Shown here: positions 20,834 through 30,383 of the stretch, one piece after another
Layout: each line of letters begins with the position of its first letter
How positions within the stretch are numbered: position 1 is the first letter of the stretch
Assembly (NCBI GenBank): GCA_965263355.1
Contig: CBDHHL010000032.1
Coordinates: forward strand, 896,001-960,000
Length of the DNA: 64,000 nucleotides
Direction: 5' to 3'
DNA from: Leptolyngbyaceae cyanobacterium
GTDB lineage: Bacteria > Cyanobacteriota > Cyanobacteriia > Phormidesmidales > Phormidesmidaceae
Made by a program: the position numbers and the translations under genes
Notes under the pieces: generated by a model
The model's input: the letters and a program-made list of their open reading frames with translations, nothing else
What the model was told of the DNA's origin: nothing
Databases searched by the model: none

Positions 20834-22120
20834 ATGGTTGCCATTAGTTCACTTAACCAAGCTCCGATTATGATGACTATGGGAGATTATGGGGGGACTC
20901 TAGCAGTTGTCAGGTCCTATGGCAAACATAATCAGCCCACTGTATTAGCGGACCCTAACACATCTACCCTAACCCATAAATCTCGCTATCTTTCAAAGGC
21001 ACTTAAATCTCCACCAGTAGAAGACTTTGAGCGTTTCTTTGATTGGTTGATGGAGTATGGAAAACAGAATCCTGGGGCGTTTCTCTATCCATCTAGTGAC
21101 GATATGACTTGGTTGATCGCTTACTATCGCGATCAGCTAAGCAAATATTACAAGCTTTACAGTCCCGATGTTAAAACTATCTATACACTCCTAAATAAAC
21201 CGGAGCTAAATGCAATCGCAAAAAAGCTGAGTATTCCCATACCAGCTACTATTGCTCCCACCTCTGTGGAAGAACTCAAAGCTCAAGCTCATGATTTAAC
21301 CTATCCGGTACTTATCAAACCCAGAACTCAAATTGGCATGCTCCGCCGTCAAAAGGGATTGGTTTTTGAAACTCCTGAAAAACTGTTAGAGACTTACCCA
21401 AACTACCAGCAAAAATTTTATTATCATCCGCTATTAGCCAACTTTGACCCAGACGTAGTATGGCCTATGGTGCAGGAATTTCATGTATCTGCTGGTCAGA
21501 ATACTTATAGTGTGGCTGGTTTTGTTGATGAAAGTCAAGAAATCTTTTTAACTCGCGCCTCGGCCAAGGTTTTACAATTTCCCATTCGAGTCGGTGTAGG
21601 GCTGTGTTTTGAAAGTCGTCCCATAAACCCTAAAGCCTTGCAATACCTTAAAGCTATTTGCAAAGAAGTTAGTTACTACGGTGTCTTTGAAGCTGAATTT
21701 ATAGTCGATGGCGATCAAATGCTGTTGATGGACTTTAATCCAAGATTTTACGGTCAAATGGCCTTTGAATTAGCCCGTAAGTTACCGTTAGATCAACTGG
21801 TATTAGCTTACGCTAACAACGACTTTGAGTATGGTAAAGCAGTTCAACAGCAGGACCAGATGTGGGACCATAACACAGTTTATCGTTTTAGTAATCGATG
21901 GCGACTGTGGTTGATTTTGACGACTCAGGCCTTTGCTGGACGCTTTTCTTGGGCCGAACGACGTAAGTGGTTAACCTGGGCGAGTCAGGCTGGTGATGGA
22001 TGCGATCCAGTCTACACCGACGATGATCCAAATCCTCGTCGTGCTGACATACAGTCGGTCGTTAAAAGCTGGGTAAAACATCCACGAAGTACGTTTAAGA
22101 CATTTTTTGCAGATCTTTGA
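20834..22120 (+). CDS. ATP-grasp carboxylate-amine ligase (D-aspartate-ligase-like)
   Basis: LAVVRSYG, SRYL, LYPSSD, YPVLIKP, MVQEF, FEAEF, LMDFNPRF. Confidence 0.82.
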   Translation: MVAISSLNQAPIMMTMGDYGGTLAVVRSYGKHNQPTVLADPNTSTLTHKSRYLSKALKSPPVEDFERFFDWLMEYGKQNPGAFLYPSSDDMTWLIAYYRDQLSKYYKLYSPDVKTIYTLLNKPELNAIAKKLSIPIPATIAPTSVEELKAQAHDLTYPVLIKPRTQIGMLRRQKGLVFETPEKLLETYPNYQQKFYYHPLLANFDPDVVWPMVQEFHVSAGQNTYSVAGFVDESQEIFLTRASAKVLQFPIRVGVGLCFESRPINPKALQYLKAICKEVSYYGVFEAEFIVDGDQMLLMDFNPRFYGQMAFELARKLPLDQLVLAYANNDFEYGKAVQQQDQMWDHNTVYRFSNRWRLWLILTTQAFAGRFSWAERRKWLTWASQAGDGCDPVYTDDDPNPRRADIQSVVKSWVKHPRSTFKTFFADL

Positions 22121-22391
22121 AAAATCATCTAAATGTTTGGCATAGGGACAGGCTACTTCCTCGATAGATGCCAGTTTCCCTTTCCTACACCAAATATTGC
22201 GCTAATAGGTCTTGACAAGCATACACTGGGGTTTGCGTCCCAGCGTATTGCGCAATATAGTCCAAAAACGTATCTTCGGAGTTAAGAGCATCGACTACGT
22301 TGCACTTTTTGCAGGCCGAGTGTGAAACTTAACAAATACGCTGCAACGTAATAGAGACGTAATAGAATGAAAGCAAAATAGCAGAGATCAT

Positions 22392-22427
22392 AATAAATCC
22401 TCTGATGTTTCAATCAGAGGATTTATT
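22392..22427. terminator. Terminator-like inverted repeat (possibly bidirectional)
   Basis: AATAAATCCTCTGAT-gtttca-ATCAGAGGATTTATT. Confidence 0.55.
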
Positions 22428-23132
22428 GATTTAATGCCTGAATGCAGATAGACAATTGGCCACATGAACGGGCCTACTGTACGTGGCAGTTATGCAGGGA
22501 CTGATGTTACGGATACGTTTGGTAGTGTGATTGTAGATGCTGGATTGAGGGCTGCGATCGCATGTAAAGACATTGCGCCTCTATCCACTGAACAAACCTA
22601 TGTCCTCTGAGTATGCGCGTTACCAGGGCCGATAATGTTTCCCTTACATTTACCTAACCCACTGACCCAATTGTGGCTGAAACCTTACAGGGAAAGGGCT
22701 TTAGGAAAAATCGAAAAAACATCATCCAAACCACAACTTCATTCGTATTAATAGTCAAACAGATAAATCGTTGTTGATGCGAGGTTGAACTGGATATTTC
22801 TGTTGCACTGTAACTAGTGTGATAGTGGAGGCCATTGTTTGTAGTAATTTGTTTAATAAACAAATGAACCATAACCTGTTCAAAAAAACTACAAATAATC
22901 TCATCCAATATCAACGCTTACTCGTATCTATGACTGAATGCAATTGTGTTCTTTTCAAACCTCAAGTTTGATTTAGCCATAGAACAGTAATTGCAATCTG
23001 TTCGTTAGTCCTTTTCTCGTTAAGAATATCCGCAACAGCTATCTTGGCAGTTCTGTCAGGAGCGTTTAAGCGTACTGACTCTTTATCGAGACTGCTCGTT
23101 TTTAGCTATCTACCACTATAGGAGAATCCAAA

Positions 23133-25568
23133 ATGAACGTTTTTCTAGCTTTTTTTGTTAACCAGATTGTTAGCGCATTATTTCAAGATGCCCCTGAGAT
23201 TGAAGATTTAGGAGATATCTTGATTGGTGGCAATGGTGACGACAATCTTCAAGGCGGAGATCAGGATGATATCTTTTTCGGTGGCAACGGAAATGACACT
23301 ATTCTTGGCGGTGCTGGAACTGACATAGTGTTTGCTGGCAGAGGTGATGATATTGTTGTTGGCCAGACAGGTAACGACGTTGCTTTTTTGGGCTCAGGTG
23401 ATGATCGTTTTATCTGGAACAATGGCGATGGGAGTGACTTCATCAACGGTGGATTAGGCTATGATACCACCCAGGTGAATGGAGCAGATGGTCCTGGTGA
23501 TGAGTTTGATTTGAGTCAGGTGGATGGCCAAGCTATTTTCAACCGTCTCAATCTTGGTCTCTTTACACTCACCAATGAAGGTATTGAACAGTTTGAGATC
23601 AATGGTCAGGGGGGGGATGATTCTTTGACAGTGGGTGACCTGACCGGCAGTGAGGTGCAAAAAGTTGTCTTCTCGGGTGGTTATGGTAATGACATATTAG
23701 ATGCCCGTGAAAGCTCCACTACGATTGAGGCGTTTGGTGGTGACGGTAATGACTTGCTGCAGGGTGGTTCAGCAGAGGATACTTTCTTTGCTGGCGCAGG
23801 CGATGATATTGTTGTTGGCCAGCGCGGCAATGACACGGCAGACCTGGGTGAAGGCGACGACCGGTTTATCTGGAATAACGGAGATGGTAGCGACTTCATC
23901 AATGGCGGTACTGGGTTTGACGTCACTCAAGTCAACGGTGCGGATGGTCCTGGCGATGAGTTTGATTTGAGTCAGGTGGATGGCCAAGCTATTTTCAACC
24001 GTCTTAATCTTGGTCTCTTTACCCTAACTAATGAAGGTATTGAACAGTTTGAGATCAATGGTCAGGGGGGGGATGATTCTCTGACAGTGGGCGACCTGAC
24101 CGGCAGTGAGGTGCAAAAAGTTGTCTTCTCGGGTGGTAACGGTAATGACATATTAGATGCCCGTGAAAGTTCCACCACGATTGAAGCGTTTGGTGGTGAC
24201 GGCAATGACTTGCTGCAGGGTGGTTCAGCAGAGGATACTTTCTTTGCTGGCGCAGGCGATGATATTGTTGTTGGCCAGCGCGGCAATGACACGGCAGACC
24301 TGGGTGAAGGCGACGACCGGTTTATCTGGAATAACGGAGATGGTAGCGACTTCATCAATGGCGGTACTGGGTTTGACGTCACTCAAGTCAACGGTGCGGA
24401 TGGTCCTGGCGATGAGTTTGATTTGAGTCAGGTGGATGGCCAAGCTATTTTCAACCGTCTTAATCTTGGTCTCTTTACCCTAACTAATGAAGGTATTGAA
24501 CAGTTTGAGATCAATGGTCAGGGGGGGGATGATTCTCTGACAGTGGGCGACCTGACCGGCAGTGAGGTGCAAAAAGTTGTCTTCTCGGGTGGTAACGGTA
24601 ATGACATATTAGATGCCCGTGAAAGTTCCACCACGATTGAAGCGTTTGGTGGTGACGGCAATGACTTGCTGCAGGGTGGTTCAGCAGAGGATACTTTCTT
24701 TGCTGGCGCAGGCGATGATATTGTTGTTGGCCAGCGCGGCAATGACACGGCAGACCTGGGTGAAGGCGACGACCGGTTTATCTGGAATAACGGAGATGGT
24801 AGCGACTTCATCAATGGCGGTACTGGGTTTGACGTCACTCAAGTCAACGGTGCGGATGGTCCTGGCGATGAGTTTGATTTGAGTCAGGTGGATGGCCAAG
24901 CTATTTTCAACCGTCTTAATCTTGGTCTCTTTACCCTAACTAATGAAGGTATTGAACAGTTTGAGATCAATGGTCAGGGGGGGGATGATTCTCTGACAGT
25001 GGGCGACCTGACCGGCAGTGAGGTGCAAAAAGTTGTCTTCTCGGGTGGTAACGGTAATGACATATTAGATGCCCGTGAAAGTTCCACCACGATTGAAGCG
25101 TTTGGTGGTGACGGCAATGACATCCTTATCGGTGGTGCAGGTGACGACATTCTCATTGGTGGTGACGGTTTCGACTTGCTGATTGGTGGCGCAGGTAGTG
25201 ATATTCTCATCGGTGGCAATGGTGCCGACCTATTTGGCTTCGATACTGGTACTACCTTTAATGCGGCTGATATTGGCACCAATCAAATCCAAAACTTTGA
25301 GGCTATCGATAGCATTGTGCTAGATGTCACTGTCTTCTCACAGTTGACCAGTGCAGTGGGTGGTACACTGTCCGCTAGCGAGTTTGCAGTTGTGAATAGT
25401 GTAGAGGAAGCGGCTCTGAGTGACGCATTAATTGTCTACGGTGCGAATACCGGGAACCTATATTACAACCCGAACGGCGTTGAAGAGGGCTTTGGCAATG
25501 GTGCTCAAATGGCAACAATTGAAGGTGCTCCCACATTAGATGCTAATAGCTTTGTCATTCAGGCATAG
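23133..25568 (+). CDS. RTX (hemolysin-type Ca-binding) repeat protein, probable secreted surface protein
   Basis: Many GGxGxDxLx nonapeptides; 152-aa repeated module; C-terminal GNLYYN..G.GFG.G region typical of cyanobacterial RTX proteins. Confidence 0.9.
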   Translation: MNVFLAFFVNQIVSALFQDAPEIEDLGDILIGGNGDDNLQGGDQDDIFFGGNGNDTILGGAGTDIVFAGRGDDIVVGQTGNDVAFLGSGDDRFIWNNGDGSDFINGGLGYDTTQVNGADGPGDEFDLSQVDGQAIFNRLNLGLFTLTNEGIEQFEINGQGGDDSLTVGDLTGSEVQKVVFSGGYGNDILDARESSTTIEAFGGDGNDLLQGGSAEDTFFAGAGDDIVVGQRGNDTADLGEGDDRFIWNNGDGSDFINGGTGFDVTQVNGADGPGDEFDLSQVDGQAIFNRLNLGLFTLTNEGIEQFEINGQGGDDSLTVGDLTGSEVQKVVFSGGNGNDILDARESSTTIEAFGGDGNDLLQGGSAEDTFFAGAGDDIVVGQRGNDTADLGEGDDRFIWNNGDGSDFINGGTGFDVTQVNGADGPGDEFDLSQVDGQAIFNRLNLGLFTLTNEGIEQFEINGQGGDDSLTVGDLTGSEVQKVVFSGGNGNDILDARESSTTIEAFGGDGNDLLQGGSAEDTFFAGAGDDIVVGQRGNDTADLGEGDDRFIWNNGDGSDFINGGTGFDVTQVNGADGPGDEFDLSQVDGQAIFNRLNLGLFTLTNEGIEQFEINGQGGDDSLTVGDLTGSEVQKVVFSGGNGNDILDARESSTTIEAFGGDGNDILIGGAGDDILIGGDGFDLLIGGAGSDILIGGNGADLFGFDTGTTFNAADIGTNQIQNFEAIDSIVLDVTVFSQLTSAVGGTLSASEFAVVNSVEEAALSDALIVYGANTGNLYYNPNGVEEGFGNGAQMATIEGAPTLDANSFVIQA
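23343..25121 (+). repeat. 456-bp tandem repeat, about 3.9 copies
   Basis: Unit starts at 23343, 23799, 24255 and 24711; copies 2-4 look identical by eye, copy 1 is diverged at its 5' part. Confidence 0.95.
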
Positions 25569-25599
25569 TTATAACTGGTTACATCGGTAAAGATAAGAG

Positions 25600-25646
25600 C
25601 CCTAAGTAGAACAATGTCTCAAGCGCATTGTCTTGCTTAGGGTTTT
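25600..25646 (+). terminator. Intrinsic terminator after the RTX gene
   Basis: CCCTAAGTAGAACAATG...CATTGTCTTGCTTAGGG followed by TTTT. Confidence 0.6.
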
Positions 25647-25784
25647 GAAATCTGAACTAGCCCAATGCTAATAGCCTGTAGCCTGTAGAAAAATCCCAGT
25701 TTCTGCCGGATGCCTGGGTTTAGTGCGGGAATAATGTAAGTATGGTCCTGATACCGATATAGATCTGTCTATGGTTGCCAGCCC

Positions 25785-27149
25785 ATGAAGCATTTACCAG
25801 AAAATACTAGCCGTCGATTGACGATTTTATACGTTTCGTCATTGGGTGCGATCGCAACCCTGGCCATTATGGGTCAAATCCGTGTGCAACGGTTACTTAA
25901 CGAACAAAAGCTAGATATTCAGGTGATTACGGCAGCCCAACGGCAGCAATTAGTCAGCCAGCAATTAGTTAAATCCACCCTGGCCATGAGACTACCTACG
26001 GCGGATGACGTCAGGCAGGAGCAGGCCACACACTTACAAGAGGTTATTCAAAGCGCAGAATCTTGGCAACAGACGCTAATCAATTTGCAAACAGCAACGC
26101 ACCTATCGGAGCAACAGCAACAACAGGTACAGGCTATGACAATCGGCCTTCCGAAGGAATATGAGGTATTGATTGAAACGGCCAAGGAAGAACTCGCAAG
26201 TGCGTCCACTGAGAACACAAGCAACAAGATTCAAAGACCAAGGCAGGAAGTATATGATGTAGCTCAACTACTCAGAACAGAAAAAGCATTTATCAACGAT
26301 ATGGATCAATTGATCCTGGCCTACAACCAACAGGTTGACCTTGAGGCCAATCGTCTGAAGCGCCTTGAACATGGTCTTTTCTTAGTGACAATTACCGTGC
26401 TGATTTTAGAAGGTTGTTTCATCTTTCGTCCGGCCACGCAAAAGATTCGCCACACACTGAAAAGTTTAAAGCAATCCTTACAAGAGACCCAAGAAACAGC
26501 CGCTCATTTAGCCATAGAACAACAAAAATCAGAGAACCTGTTGCTCAATATTTTGCCCCAACCCATCGCTCAGCGGCTCAAAAAAGAGCCCCAGGCCATT
26601 GCCGATGGCTTTTCCAACGTCACCGTTTTATTTGCCGACATTGTTGGTTTTACCCAGCTATCTACCCAGATCTCTCCAGAAGAGTTAGTATCTCTGTTGA
26701 ACAGTATTTTCTCTGCCTTTGATGAACTGGTGGAAAACCATGGACTAGAAAAAATCAAAACTATCGGTGATGCCTATATGGCCGTCGGTGGCTTACCAGA
26801 ACCTCGTGCTGATCATGCCCAAGCTGTAATCAGGTTTGCCCTCAATATGCAAACCGTCATTGACAAGTTTAATTGGGAAACCGGTCACAATTTAAGTATT
26901 CGGATTGGTATTAATTCGGGACCTGTAGTAGCTGGAGTGATTGGTATTAAGAAGTTTATTTATGATCTATGGGGCGATACGGTGAATACAGCCAGCCGCA
27001 TGGAATCCCATGGAGCACCAGGAACGATTCAAATCACAGAAAGTACGTTTCAGCTGATCCAACATCAGTTTCACATTGAGCCGATTGGCCAGATTGCTAT
27101 CAAGGGGAAAGGGCATATGATGACCTATCGAGTCATTGAGGCGGTTTAG
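25785..27149 (+). CDS. Class III adenylate/guanylate cyclase with a two-TM periplasmic four-helix (NarX/PilJ-like) sensor
   Basis: LLLNILPQPIA, VTVLFADIVGFT, EKIKTIGDAYM, YDLWGDTVNTASRMES; Lys/Asp specificity residues suggest ATP. Confidence 0.92.
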   Translation: MKHLPENTSRRLTILYVSSLGAIATLAIMGQIRVQRLLNEQKLDIQVITAAQRQQLVSQQLVKSTLAMRLPTADDVRQEQATHLQEVIQSAESWQQTLINLQTATHLSEQQQQQVQAMTIGLPKEYEVLIETAKEELASASTENTSNKIQRPRQEVYDVAQLLRTEKAFINDMDQLILAYNQQVDLEANRLKRLEHGLFLVTITVLILEGCFIFRPATQKIRHTLKSLKQSLQETQETAAHLAIEQQKSENLLLNILPQPIAQRLKKEPQAIADGFSNVTVLFADIVGFTQLSTQISPEELVSLLNSIFSAFDELVENHGLEKIKTIGDAYMAVGGLPEPRADHAQAVIRFALNMQTVIDKFNWETGHNLSIRIGINSGPVVAGVIGIKKFIYDLWGDTVNTASRMESHGAPGTIQITESTFQLIQHQFHIEPIGQIAIKGKGHMMTYRVIEAV

Positions 27150-27276
27150 ATTTTTTATAATGTCAACTACGATCTTTGCGAAGGTAACAACTCACTGAAG
27201 GGGATATTACGAGGATTACGGTTGCCCACTTTGCTAATATGCTAGCACTAATCACTATGCAGCCATTGGCTCTGCA

Positions 27277-28329
27277 TTAGCTCTGCATTGGCAGTGTAAT
27301 TGTAAACACTGTCCCATGTTCATCTGTGTTACAGAAGAGCTTGCCACGATGTTTCTCGACAATAATCTGATAGCTAATTGATAGTCCTAATCCTGTTCCT
27401 TTACCTACTGGCTTAGTGGTAAAAAACGGATCAAACAATTTCGGAGTGATATCTGCCGGGATGCCTGGCCCATTGTTACCAATGCGAATTACAATATTGG
27501 CGGCATCAACCATTGTTTCAATTGTAATTTGGGGATCTTGTAATTTCTGAGTTAAGCTAACCTCTTGCCATCCTTCAACGCCCATAGCAGCCTCTAGGGC
27601 ATCGATCGCATTTGAAAGAATATTCATAAATACCTGATTAAGCTTACCTGGATAACAGTGTACCCTAGGTAAATGGCCGTAGTGTTTTACTAGAGCAATA
27701 CCGCCATGGTAGTTGCTTGGTTTCAGACGGTGGCCGAGAATACTCAGGGTGCTGTCTAACCCCATATGGAGATCGGCCTCCTTGTGTTCAGCTTCATCTA
27801 AGCGAGAAAAGGAACGAAGTGCTCCTGTGATGTTATAAATGCGTTCTGCCCCTTTGTACATAGACTGGAGCAGAGCGTTATAGTCTTCTTTTAGAAAATC
27901 TAGTTCAATCTCTGTAATGAGGTTTTGAATCGACTCAGGCGGGTTGGGATATTCTTGTTGGTAGGCGTACACTAACTTGAGCAAATCCCGGGCATAATTT
28001 TGAGCATAGGTGAGATTACCATAGATAAAGCTCACCGGATTGTTAATTTCATGAGCAATACCCGCCACCAAGATCCCCAAGGCTGACATTTTTTCGGATT
28101 CAACCAGTTGGGTTTGTGTCGCTTGCAGCTCTGTGAGTAAGTTTTCCAAGGCCTGACCACGGTCTTCTAGTTCTTGCTTAGAAGATTGCAATTCTTCAAT
28201 GACTCGTTTCAGGAGAGATTCTGTGCGGGCATTATTAGTTTCTAACAGACGCCGGTCAGCTTGGGAGCGATTCAGTTTTTTTTGGAGCAATCGTACCTTT
28301 CTTTCTAAAGCATTAATCTGATCCTGCAT
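27277..28329 (-). CDS. Soluble sensor-less histidine kinase (NtrB-like HisKA + HATPase)
   Basis: AGIAHEINNP, QVFMNILSNAIDA, FDPFFTTKPVGKGTGLGLSISY. Confidence 0.93.
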   Translation of the reverse strand: MQDQINALERKVRLLQKKLNRSQADRRLLETNNARTESLLKRVIEELQSSKQELEDRGQALENLLTELQATQTQLVESEKMSALGILVAGIAHEINNPVSFIYGNLTYAQNYARDLLKLVYAYQQEYPNPPESIQNLITEIELDFLKEDYNALLQSMYKGAERIYNITGALRSFSRLDEAEHKEADLHMGLDSTLSILGHRLKPSNYHGGIALVKHYGHLPRVHCYPGKLNQVFMNILSNAIDALEAAMGVEGWQEVSLTQKLQDPQITIETMVDAANIVIRIGNNGPGIPADITPKLFDPFFTTKPVGKGTGLGLSISYQIIVEKHRGKLFCNTDEHGTVFTITLPMQS

Positions 28330-28345
28330 CGCATTTACATGGTCC

Positions 28346-29497
28346 TTAATTGCTACCTAACAGCAACATTACAAACGCTTCGTGATTAAGACAACCCTTA
28401 TCCTGAAAAGTAACGGGTGCAATTTCACCGTAGGAATATAATCCAGCCAGAGGTAGATCAGGAGGCAACAACCGTTGAGCAATCTGAGTTTCTTCCTCGG
28501 TGCGAGTGCCAAGTAAATAGCGACGGGTACAGCAGGTGAACATTAGCGCTGCTGCGGGTCGTTCTCCGGGATAATGCTCAAGCGCTTGACGAGTTGCCGT
28601 TTCACAGGCATTAAGGATATCAGCCTGGCTGGCATGAGCAATTTGAGCATCGACCTGGGCCGGGATATCTACCAGGAAATGAATCTGACCAGTGGTGAGA
28701 TCACACCCCACCGGAGCCCGCAAATAAAAGTTATCACTCTCTTTCTCAAAAATAGCCAGAGGGTATTCTGGAGAAGGGGTCAGGCCACTCAAGTAGTAAT
28801 CATAGAGTTCCAAAGCGGGCTTCTCATTGATGGTATCTACGCTGTTTTTACCCACAGTGCTGATAGTGCCTCGTTGGGAGATAGGGGTCCAACCATGGGC
28901 CATGCCGTAGGAAAATTGGAGGGGCCCAAAAAATAAGAGGATCGGAATGCTATCAGTAATTACCTGCTGGTTAAAAAACTGATGGGTCTGTTGAAATCGG
29001 GCCTGGTCTCCAGCAAGCCCACCAAAGAGAGGGAACTGTTTCCCTAATACAACTTGCAGACTCTCTATGATGGATACACTATTAAGGTGTAAGCTTTCAG
29101 CAATGGTGAGCCCCAGTACTGGCATCTCTGTTTGCCCCTGCTGCGCCTGCGTCACTGCCTGCTGAGCTGCCTTGAGTGGATCTTGAGAGGCAAATTGCCC
29201 CAACCCTGCCTGAATTGTAATGGTATCAGAGACAAACAGCATCAGGACCACCGAGTCTTGTTGAAAACCTGCCTGGGAAGACACTTCCCCGTCAGTGGTA
29301 CCACCAATCAGCTGTAGTTCGGGATATGTTTTGTAAATGTCTGACAGCATAGCTCCGTAGTTGAAGTCTATTGCACTGAGTAAAATTCCGGCTTGGGGCT
29401 GCTGTCCTGCCAAGACGGTTTGACATTGTGCTAAGACATCTGCGATCGCATAATCGGCATCGGCTTCATCACTATGACCCACGACCACCCTCAACAT
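28346..29497 (-). CDS. FIST N/C domain signal protein (NosP-like)
   Basis: LIGGTTDGEVSS, FGGLAGD, GWTPI, FTCCTRR, GLYSYGEIAP. Confidence 0.88.
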   Translation of the reverse strand: MLRVVVGHSDEADADYAIADVLAQCQTVLAGQQPQAGILLSAIDFNYGAMLSDIYKTYPELQLIGGTTDGEVSSQAGFQQDSVVLMLFVSDTITIQAGLGQFASQDPLKAAQQAVTQAQQGQTEMPVLGLTIAESLHLNSVSIIESLQVVLGKQFPLFGGLAGDQARFQQTHQFFNQQVITDSIPILLFFGPLQFSYGMAHGWTPISQRGTISTVGKNSVDTINEKPALELYDYYLSGLTPSPEYPLAIFEKESDNFYLRAPVGCDLTTGQIHFLVDIPAQVDAQIAHASQADILNACETATRQALEHYPGERPAAALMFTCCTRRYLLGTRTEEETQIAQRLLPPDLPLAGLYSYGEIAPVTFQDKGCLNHEAFVMLLLGSN

Positions 29498-29866
29498 ACA
29501 TGCTCCTCCGCTTTAATCAGCATTACTCAAGATGCAGGCCCCAGAGGTTGTTTGCTAAGCAACCGGCCCTATTCAAGGTTAAGACGAAATAACTATAGGG
29601 TTCCCAGGCTGAGTATAATCTCACAATCTGTACTGAGCGACACACACTGAAGCTTTAACTTTGTTTTGCAAGCGTAAGAGCTTGTCAAATTTCACCCAAA
29701 CACATTGGCACAGAAAGGTTCACAGCTGTCATCATCCCTTAAATTAGCAACGACACAAGGTCAATACTATACAAAAGCATACTTCCTATCAAAAATGTGC
29801 GTACTTACATAGAACGTCTATATAACTTATTCTCGTAATGTGTCGGTAGCAACTAGGTAAACAGAC

Positions 29867-30157
29867 ATGAGTAAGCAATTGACAATCGTAGCGAAAATAG
29901 AGGCTAACGCTGACAAAGTCGAATTTGTTAAAGCTGAGCTACTCAAGCTAATTCCCATAACGTTAGAAGAAGCTGGTTGTATTCAGTATGATTTACATCA
30001 GGACAATGACAATCCAGCGGTCTTTGTGTTCTATGAAAATTGGGAAAGCCGTGAGCTTTGGCAACAACACATGAACAACACTCACCTGGCAGAGTATATG
30101 AAAGCAACAGAAGGGGCAGTTGCGTCGTTTACATTGAATGAAATGACTAAATTCTAA
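29867..30157 (+). CDS. Putative quinol monooxygenase (ABM/YgiN family)
   Basis: EAGCIQYDLHQD, FVFYENWES, QHMNNTHL. Confidence 0.88.
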   Translation: MSKQLTIVAKIEANADKVEFVKAELLKLIPITLEEAGCIQYDLHQDNDNPAVFVFYENWESRELWQQHMNNTHLAEYMKATEGAVASFTLNEMTKF

Positions 30158-30383
30158 AAATCCCCATTCAGATCTTGCACCTGGCGAAGAAACGCCAGCC
30201 AACCCTGACATTAAAGTCACAAGGTTAACTGCATCAACACCCGCTAAAGGGGTTAGGAGATCGACAAAAGCCATATATAAAAGACTTTACAGCTGATTTT
30301 GTTACTTTAGCGACAGCTCTCAATTAGTGCTCGGTATTGAACCGGGCGTAGGCCCAAGCCTCATGACCAACAGGAAACCCACT

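Noticed and set aside
22440..22920. Short ORFs (48 aa plus, 86 aa minus) between the ATP-grasp and RTX genes
   Set aside because: No recognisable motifs or RBS; possibly decayed coding sequence, but unsupported.
23261..25282. Repeated 60-106 aa ORFs on both strands, and the possibility of a CRISPR-like array
   Set aside because: They are shadow frames of the 456-bp coding repeat; there is no short repeat-unique spacer structure.
29993..30274. 93-aa minus-strand ORF
   Set aside because: Over half overlaps the ABM gene in antisense; the rest could be a gene fragment but I cannot assign it.
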